Source of the DNA: a bacterium
GTDB lineage: Bacteria > Sysuimicrobiota > Sysuimicrobiia > Sysuimicrobiales > Kaftiobacteriaceae
Length of the DNA stretch: 12,649 nt
Reading direction: 5' to 3'
Assembly: GCA_044868695.1 (NCBI GenBank)
Contig: JBIOWP010000150.1
Coordinates: 1-12,649 of the forward strand
Part shown: one piece after another, positions 6,978-12,649 of the stretch
Position numbering within the stretch: position 1 is the stretch's first letter
Layout of the letters: each line of letters starts with the position of its first letter
Translations under genes and position numbers: made by a program
The notes under the pieces: model-generated
Told to the model about the DNA's origin: nothing
The model's database searches: none
The model's input: only the letters and a program-made list of their open reading frames with translations

Positions 6978-7054
6978 CCGCTCTCGCAGGATTCCTTCCA
7001 GCAGAATCAGAAACAATTACCTAGGATTACCCAGATTCAAGATCCCGTGCCTTG

Positions 7055-8305
7055 ATGCGCCTTTTCCTGACCGGTGTCAACCACAAGACCGCCTCCCTGG
7101 TTGCCAGGGAACGGGTCGCGTTTCTGCCCGCTGAGATTGGGCCCGCGCTATCGGTACTGGGCGCGCTGCCTGACACTCGCGAGGCGGCGCTGCTGTCCAC
7201 TTGCAACCGCACCGAGGCCTACGTGTGGTCTGACGCCGCGCTGACCGGCGAGCAGCTTGCCGGCGCGCTGGCGCGCGCGAAGCATATCCCCGACGTTGAG
7301 ATCTTCCCCTGGTTGTTCTACCGGGCCGGAACCGATGCGGCCCGCCACGTTCTGCGTGTGGCCGCCGGACTGGAGTCCATGGTGGTCGGCGAGGCCCAAG
7401 TCCTGGGCCAGGTCGTGAGGGCCCTGGAGGCCGCGCAGGCCGCTGGGACCGCGGGTCCTGTCCTGAACCGCCTCCTGCAGGTGGCGGTGGCCACCGGCCG
7501 GCGCGTCCGGCGTGAGACCGGGTTATCGACCCGCGCACCGTCGGTGCCGGGGGTCGCGCTGGAGGTGTGCCGGAACGCGCTCGGAACAGTCCGCGGCCGC
7601 AGCGTTGTGGTGGTCGGCGCCGGGGAAATGGGCGCGCTTGTCGTCAAAGTCTTCAGCGCCGCGGGCGCCGCGATTACCGCTGTTGCCAACCGTTCCATGG
7701 ATTCGGCCAGGGCCCTGGCCCGGCGGAGCGGGGCACGGGCGATCTCATTGGACGATCTCGCCGGCGTGATCAGCAGTGCCGACGTTGCCGTGGTCACCGT
7801 CGGCGCGGCGGCCCCGGTACTCCCCGCCCAGACCTGCGCGGCGGGTGGGCCGCGTACTCGCCAGCTGCATGTGATCGATCTCGGGACCCCGCACGGCGTG
7901 GATCCTGCCGTGGCCGAACTTCCCTGGGTCCAGCTGCACACTCTCGATGCACTCGCCTCCGCGGCCGCTGCGGAGGTGATTCCCGCCGACGCGCTGCGCG
8001 ATGCCGAGCGCATCGTTGAGGATGCCGTGGCCGCGTTCTCCCGCTGGCTGGACGCGCGGGCGGCCGCCCCGGTGATTGCCGCCCTGCAGGCGCATGGGAA
8101 ACGCATCGCCGACGAGGAAGTCGCGCGGGCGCGGCTGCGCGACCTCGACCCGCGCCAGAGAGACGCGGTGCGCGCGGCCATGCGGGCGGCGATCGCCCGT
8201 CTTCTGCACACGCCCATCATGAAACTGAAGAGCACCGCTGCTGGGACCGGAGACCAGGTCGTGTCTCTGGCCGCCGACCTCTTCGGCCTGGACGACCCGC
8301 GATGA
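7055..8305 (+). CDS. hemA: Glutamyl-tRNA reductase
   Basis: GVNHKTA..RE, catalytic STCNRTE, RVAAGLESMVVGEAQVLGQV, NADPH-binding GAGEMG, ANRS and C-terminal LLHTP. Start is ATG 7055 or TTG 7052. Confidence 0.96.
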   Translation: MRLFLTGVNHKTASLVARERVAFLPAEIGPALSVLGALPDTREAALLSTCNRTEAYVWSDAALTGEQLAGALARAKHIPDVEIFPWLFYRAGTDAARHVLRVAAGLESMVVGEAQVLGQVVRALEAAQAAGTAGPVLNRLLQVAVATGRRVRRETGLSTRAPSVPGVALEVCRNALGTVRGRSVVVVGAGEMGALVVKVFSAAGAAITAVANRSMDSARALARRSGARAISLDDLAGVISSADVAVVTVGAAAPVLPAQTCAAGGPRTRQLHVIDLGTPHGVDPAVAELPWVQLHTLDALASAAAAEVIPADALRDAERIVEDAVAAFSRWLDARAAAPVIAALQAHGKRIADEEVARARLRDLDPRQRDAVRAAMRAAIARLLHTPIMKLKSTAAGTGDQVVSLAADLFGLDDPR

Positions 8306-9603
8306 GCCGGCCGGCTGTGGAAGGGACGACCTCCGCCGCGATCCTGGCAGAAAGTGAGCGCACGTTTCCCGGCGGAGTCAACAGCCCCGTCCGCGCCTTC
8401 CGCGCGGTGGGCGGGACGCCCGTGGTCGTCCGTGAGGGCCGCGGGTCGCACGTCATCGGCGTGGACGGCCGCGAGTACGTCGACTATGTCTGTTCCTGGG
8501 GTGCGCTCATCCTCGGCCATGCGCACCCCGCCGTGACGCGCGCCATCGGCGAGACTGCCGCCCGCGGCACCGGATTCGGCATGCCTACGCCGCTGGAACT
8601 CGACCTGGCGCGGATGATTCAGGCCGCCGTACCATCGATGGACCTGCTGCGCTTCGTGAGCTCAGGCACGGAGGCGGCGATGAGCGCCGTGCGGGTCGCG
8701 CGCGGATTCACGCGCCGGCACACGATCGTGAAGTTTGCCGGATGCTACCACGGCCACGCCGACACGCTGCTGGCGCGCGCCGGGTCCGGCGTCGCGACGT
8801 TCAGCCTCCCGGGTTCCGACGGCGTGCCGCCGGCCGCGGTCGCCGATACCCTCGTCCTCCCCTACAACGACCTCGATGCGGTGCGCAGCCTGTTTGCGGC
8901 GCGGGGCAGCGAGATCGCCGCTGTCATCGTCGAGCCGGTGGCCGCCAACATGGGTGTTGTGCGTCCGGCACCGGACTTTCTTCCTGGACTCCGTGACCTG
9001 ACCGCCCGCCTCGGCGCGCTGCTCATTTTTGACGAGGTCATCACCGGATTCCGGCTCGGGCGCGGCGGGGCTCAGGCCCGCTATCGGGTGACGCCCGACC
9101 TCACCTGCCTGGGGAAAATTATCGGCGGCGGACTGCCCGCGGGCGCATATGGCGGCCGGCGCGACGTCATGGAGATGCTGGCGCCGCTGGGGCCGGTCTA
9201 CCAGGCAGGGACCCTGGCCGGGAATCCCGTCGCGATGGCGGCCGGCGCGGCGACGCTGCGAGAACTTTCGGATCCCGAGACCTATACGGCCCTGGAGGCG
9301 GCAGCAGCACAGCTCGCCGACGGGTTGGCCAAGGCTGCGGACGAAGCCGGTGCCCCGGCCTGCGTCGTGCGCGAGGCCTCGATGCTCACGGTGTTCTTTA
9401 CGCCGTCTCCGCCCCGTACTGCCGAAGAAGCCGCGAAGGCGGACGCCCGCGCGTTCGCGCGATTCTTCCACGCCATGCTCGACCAGGACGTGCTGCTGCC
9501 TCCGTCGCAGTTTGAGGCGTGGTTCGTCAGCGCCGCGCACACCTCAGACGACATAGAACGTACGGTGGCGGCGGCCCGCGGCGCCTTTGGAGCCGCCCGA
9601 TGA
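8302..9603 (+). CDS. hemL: Glutamate-1-semialdehyde 2,1-aminomutase
   Basis: PGGVNSPVRAF, SSGTEAAMSA, YHGHAD, FDEVITGFR, PLP lysine in GKIIGGGLP, YQAGTLAGNP and PSQFEA. ATGA overlap with hemA. Confidence 0.98.
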   Translation: MSRPAVEGTTSAAILAESERTFPGGVNSPVRAFRAVGGTPVVVREGRGSHVIGVDGREYVDYVCSWGALILGHAHPAVTRAIGETAARGTGFGMPTPLELDLARMIQAAVPSMDLLRFVSSGTEAAMSAVRVARGFTRRHTIVKFAGCYHGHADTLLARAGSGVATFSLPGSDGVPPAAVADTLVLPYNDLDAVRSLFAARGSEIAAVIVEPVAANMGVVRPAPDFLPGLRDLTARLGALLIFDEVITGFRLGRGGAQARYRVTPDLTCLGKIIGGGLPAGAYGGRRDVMEMLAPLGPVYQAGTLAGNPVAMAAGAATLRELSDPETYTALEAAAAQLADGLAKAADEAGAPACVVREASMLTVFFTPSPPRTAEEAAKADARAFARFFHAMLDQDVLLPPSQFEAWFVSAAHTSDDIERTVAAARGAFGAAR

Positions 9604-10580
9604 GCGGGACCACGACCCGTGAGTGCGTCATCGGCACGCGCGGAAGCGCCCTGGCAATGCGGCAGACGGAGCTGGTGCTGGCGCCGTTGCGCCGGGCGCA
9701 TCCGGAGATTGCGTTCAAGGTCCGGACGATCCGTACTACCGCCGACCGGCATCCAGGCCGGCCGTTGGAGACACTGCCGGGCATTGGCTTCTTCATCAAA
9801 GAACTCGAGCTGGCGCTGCTGAGCCGCGAGATCGACGCCGCGGTGCACAGTATGAAAGATCTTCCCTCCGCCTCCACCGACGGGCTTGTGGTGGCCGCGG
9901 TCGCCAAACGGGAGGATCCCCGCGACGTTCTGGTGAGCCGCGGCAGTCTCACGCTGGATGCGCTGCCGCCGGGGGCCCGCGTGGGCACGAGCAGTCCCCG
10001 CCGGGCGGCTTTCCTGCGTGCGCACCGCGGCGACCTGGTTATCGTCCCCATCCGCGGCAATGTCGAGACGCGCGTCCGGAAGGTCGACGCGGGGGAGCTC
10101 GACGCCGTGTGCCTGGCCGGCGCAGGCCTGCGGCGGATCGGCGCAGAACAGCGCGTCACTCAGTGGCTGAGCCCGGACCTCATGCTGCCGGCGCCGGGGC
10201 AGGGGGCGCTGGGCGTGCAGATACGGGCTGACGACGTCCGGGTCAGGGATATTGCCGGGGCGGTCGATCACGCGGTGACCCGGCAGGCGGTGACTGCCGA
10301 GCGGGCAGTGCTGGTCCGCCTCGCCGCCGGGTGCCGGCTGCCCGTGGCGGCCCACGCGGATGTGCAGGGAAGCCGGCTTGTCCTCCGGGCGGCGGTCGCC
10401 GCCCCCGACGGCAGCCGGATTGTTCGCGGCGCACGTGAAGGTTCGCCTGCACAGGCCGAGGCGCTCGGCACCTCGCTCGCCGAGCAGCTGCTCGAGCAGG
10501 GCGCCGGCCTCATTCAGATTGAGGGAACAAGAGTTCGGTCTTCAATGGGGTCAGACACCAATAAAGACGGTCCTCAATAG
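9600..10580 (+). CDS. hemC: Hydroxymethylbilane synthase (porphobilinogen deaminase)
   Basis: IGTRGSALAMRQ, FIKELE, AVHSMKD, REDPRD, GTSSPRR, IRGNVETR, PAPGQGAL and AER..L..GC.LP. The ATG at 9600 overlaps the hemL TGA. The last ~14 codons derive from a palindromic repeat. Confidence 0.97.
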   Translation: MSGTTTRECVIGTRGSALAMRQTELVLAPLRRAHPEIAFKVRTIRTTADRHPGRPLETLPGIGFFIKELELALLSREIDAAVHSMKDLPSASTDGLVVAAVAKREDPRDVLVSRGSLTLDALPPGARVGTSSPRRAAFLRAHRGDLVIVPIRGNVETRVRKVDAGELDAVCLAGAGLRRIGAEQRVTQWLSPDLMLPAPGQGALGVQIRADDVRVRDIAGAVDHAVTRQAVTAERAVLVRLAAGCRLPVAAHADVQGSRLVLRAAVAAPDGSRIVRGAREGSPAQAEALGTSLAEQLLEQGAGLIQIEGTRVRSSMGSDTNKDGPQ

Positions 10581-10600
10581 AGTCAGACCCCATTGAAGAC
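10537..10600. repeat. REP-like element: two tandem 32-bp palindromic units, consensus G-GTCTTCAATGGGGTC-A-GACCCCATTGAAGAC
   Basis: Unit 1 (10537-10568) and unit 2 (10569-10600) match at 26/32. The outer arms 10538-10552 and 10586-10600 form a perfect 15-bp inverted repeat. The element is visibly lower in GC than its flanks. Confidence 0.9.
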
Positions 10601-10630
10601 GGAGGGCGGCGAATTGGTCGGGCAACAGCG

Positions 10631-11419
10631 ATGACGCGGCGGCCGCGGGTCCTGATCGCCAGGCCGGCAGACCAGGCGGGCGAGCTGGCCGATCGTCTGC
10701 GTGCGCTGGGGATCGATCCGGTCGTGGTCCCGACAGTCGCCATCGCCCCGCCGGAGTCTTGGACCGATGTTGACCTAGCACTGGGGAGATTGGGGACTTA
10801 CGACTGGGTGCTCTTCACGAGCGCGAACGGCGTGCACATGCTGCTGAACAGGCGTAAGGCCATCGGGATGACCGAGCCGATGCCTGCCGCGCTGCGGTGG
10901 GCGGCCGTCGGCCCGGGCACGGCGGCCGCGCTGGCGGGATACGGAATGACCGGTGTCTGGTTGCCCTCGCGATACCTGGGCGAGTCCGCCGGCGGCGAGC
11001 TGCCGGCCGCCACAGGGCAGCGCGTGCTGCGGGTGCGGGGCCGGTCCGCTTCCGTCGCCGCGGCGGAGACCCTGCGGGCCCGCAGGGTCGTCGTGGACGA
11101 GGTGGTCGCCTACCAGACCATCGAGGCTCCGCGGGAGTCCGAACCGCTGCTGCGCCGTGCGTGGGAGGAAGGGGTCGATGGCATCATCTTCACGAGCGCG
11201 TCGACCGTCCGCGGTTTCGCCGCGCTCGCGGCGCGGGTGGGGATCGACGACGACATCGGCAGTGTCCTGACCGTTGCCGTCGGCCCGGTCACTGCGCAGG
11301 CCATGGAGGCAGCCGGGTGGGAGGTCGGGGCCGTCGCGACGCAGCACAGCATCGACGGCATCGTGACGGTGATTGAAGAGAGGAGGGCCGCACTTGCTGC
11401 AGGTCTCACACCATCCTGA
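10631..11419 (+). CDS. hemD: Uroporphyrinogen-III synthase
   Basis: [44 protein letters not shown] and VGPVTA. Located between hemC and hemB. Confidence 0.94.
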   Translation: MTRRPRVLIARPADQAGELADRLRALGIDPVVVPTVAIAPPESWTDVDLALGRLGTYDWVLFTSANGVHMLLNRRKAIGMTEPMPAALRWAAVGPGTAAALAGYGMTGVWLPSRYLGESAGGELPAATGQRVLRVRGRSASVAAAETLRARRVVVDEVVAYQTIEAPRESEPLLRRAWEEGVDGIIFTSASTVRGFAALAARVGIDDDIGSVLTVAVGPVTAQAMEAAGWEVGAVATQHSIDGIVTVIEERRAALAAGLTPS

Positions 11420-12389
11420 GGTGACCGTTCGGCTCCGCCGGCTCCGCCGGACGCAGGTGATGCGGGAGCTGGCGCGCGAGACGCGGCTGCACCCGGAGCA
11501 GTTCGTGTATCCGCTGTTTGTGCGGGGCGGCGGCAAGATCCGTGAACCCATCTCCTCGATGCCCGGTCAGTTCCGGCTGTCCGTCGACGAACTGGTCGCC
11601 GAGGCGGGACAGGCGCAAGGGCTTGGGATCGGCGCCGTGCTGCTGTTTGGGCTGCCGGACGCCAAAGACCCCGCCGGCAGCGGCGCCTACGACGGCGACG
11701 GCATAGTCCAGCAGGCGGTGCGAGCGCTGCGCGCTGCCCATCCCGATCTGGCAATCATGACCGACGTCTGCCTGTGCGAGTACACCTCGCATGGACACTG
11801 CGGCGTGCTGCGGGATGGCCAGGTGGACAACGATGCGACCCTCGAGCTGCTCGCGCGCACCGCGGTCTCGCACGCGGCGGCGGGGGCGGATGTCGTCGCG
11901 CCCAGCGCCATGATGGACGGGCAGGTGGCGGCCATCCGGCGCGGGTTGGACGAGGCGGGATTCACCACGACTGCCATCATGGCGTATTCGGCCAAGTACG
12001 CGTCGGCATTCTACGGACCGTTCCGTGAAGCGGCGGAGTCGGCCCCACAGTTCGGCGACCGGCGAGGCTATCAAATGGATCCGCCTAATGCGCGGGAAGC
12101 CCGCCGGGAAATTGCCCTCGACCTAGCCGAGGGGGCGGACATGGTCATGGTCAAACCGGCGCTGGCGTACCTGGATGTCATTCAGCGCGTCCGGCCGGAC
12201 GTCCCGGTCCCGCTGGCGGCGTACAACGTGAGCGGCGAGTACGCGATGGTGAAAGCCGCGTCGCAGCAGGGCTGGCTCGACGAGCCCCGCGTCGTGCTGG
12301 AGATTCTGACGGCGATCGCGCGCGCCGGGGCCGACGTCATCATTACCTACCATGCCAAGGAGGCCGCGACGTGGCTGACCCGGCGGTAA
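11394..12389 (+). CDS. hemB: Porphobilinogen synthase (ALA dehydratase), Zn-dependent type
   Basis: RLRRLR, Zn motif [42 protein letters not shown] and [17 protein letters not shown] at 11381-11386 is 7 nt before TTG 11394 (GTG 11421 is the alternative). Confidence 0.98.
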   Translation: MLQVSHHPEVTVRLRRLRRTQVMRELARETRLHPEQFVYPLFVRGGGKIREPISSMPGQFRLSVDELVAEAGQAQGLGIGAVLLFGLPDAKDPAGSGAYDGDGIVQQAVRALRAAHPDLAIMTDVCLCEYTSHGHCGVLRDGQVDNDATLELLARTAVSHAAAGADVVAPSAMMDGQVAAIRRGLDEAGFTTTAIMAYSAKYASAFYGPFREAAESAPQFGDRRGYQMDPPNAREARREIALDLAEGADMVMVKPALAYLDVIQRVRPDVPVPLAAYNVSGEYAMVKAASQQGWLDEPRVVLEILTAIARAGADVIITYHAKEAATWLTRR

Positions 12390-12649
12390 ATAGTCCAGAG
12401 ATCGTTCAGGTGCTCGCGCTGCAGCTAGACCCCGGATGGCGGAGGCTGCCGAGTGCACAGCGCGAGGAGGATCTCGACGCGTTTCGCCGCGCGCTGCAGC
12501 AGCCGGGGAATGCGGTCCGCACGCTCACCTACACCACCGTCGGCCTGCGCGCCGATGCCGACCTCATCCTGGTGAGACTTGCGGCATCCCTGGAGGCCCT
12601 CGAGGAATCCGCCAGCCGCCTGCTGGGTGCAGGGGTCGGCAGGTCGATG
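12371..12649 (+). CDS. Chlorite dismutase-family protein, probably coproheme decarboxylase (ChdC/HemQ); 3'-truncated and not in the ORF track
   Basis: AAGGAGG at 12357-12363, GTG at 12371, frame open to the window end: [38 protein letters not shown]...[32 protein letters not shown]. The W-R-R-L and [12 protein letters not shown] patterns fit the Cld/ChdC N-terminal domain. It overlaps the hemB end. Confidence 0.8.
   Translation, partial: MADPAVNSPEIVQVLALQLDPGWRRLPSAQREEDLDAFRRALQQPGNAVRTLTYTTVGLRADADLILVRLAASLEALEESASRLLGAGVGRSM

Noticed and set aside
4791..8305. Functional link between queuosine genes and the tRNA-Glu-dependent heme operon
   Set aside because: Queuosine modifies tRNA-Asp/Asn/His/Tyr, not tRNA-Glu. 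An AT-richer promoter-like gap separates the blocks, so adjacency is probably incidental.
9519..9599. Upstream start of hemC (likewise hemB at 11373 and the four-helix gene at 4197)
   Set aside because: Better starts exist: the ATGA overlap at 9600, SD+TTG at 11394 and SD+ATG at 4152.
1396..10355. Long antisense or alternate-frame ORFs (e.g. 1396-2418, 2521-3615, 4818-5795, 6318-7016, 7318-8526, 8662-9540, 9282-10355)
   Set aside because: They lie over well-supported genes and are rich in R/G/A/P/H with no motifs. They are typical shadow ORFs of high-GC codon bias.
10537..10600. CRISPR array interpretation of the 32-bp palindromic repeats
   Set aside because: There are only two units, directly abutting with no spacer, and no cas genes in the window.

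Overview
High-GC bacterial chromosomal window with two housekeeping blocks on the + strand. Block 1 is ruvA (5' truncated)-ruvB-[16-codon remnant ORF]-spoIID/lytB-queA ... tgt-yajC-HD-domain gene. Block 2 is a C5/heme operon: hemA-hemL-hemC-hemD-hemB, followed by a chlorite-dismutase-fold gene (probably chdC/hemQ) that is cut by the window end and missing from the ORF track. The usual queA-tgt pair is split by two minus-strand genes, an orphan 154-aa protein and a lower-GC four-helix-bundle (23S IVP/Avd-like) gene. The most interesting signals are small. The four-helix-bundle gene is bracketed by inverted arrays of a CGGGCNN heptamer and has its start codon inside a 9-bp hairpin. A third related heptamer array sits before queA. 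A 2x32-bp palindromic REP-like element lies in the hemC 3' end and supplies its stop codon. A probable internally deleted DUF2905 gene lies between ruvB and spoIID. All family assignments are by motif recognition; no database search was run.
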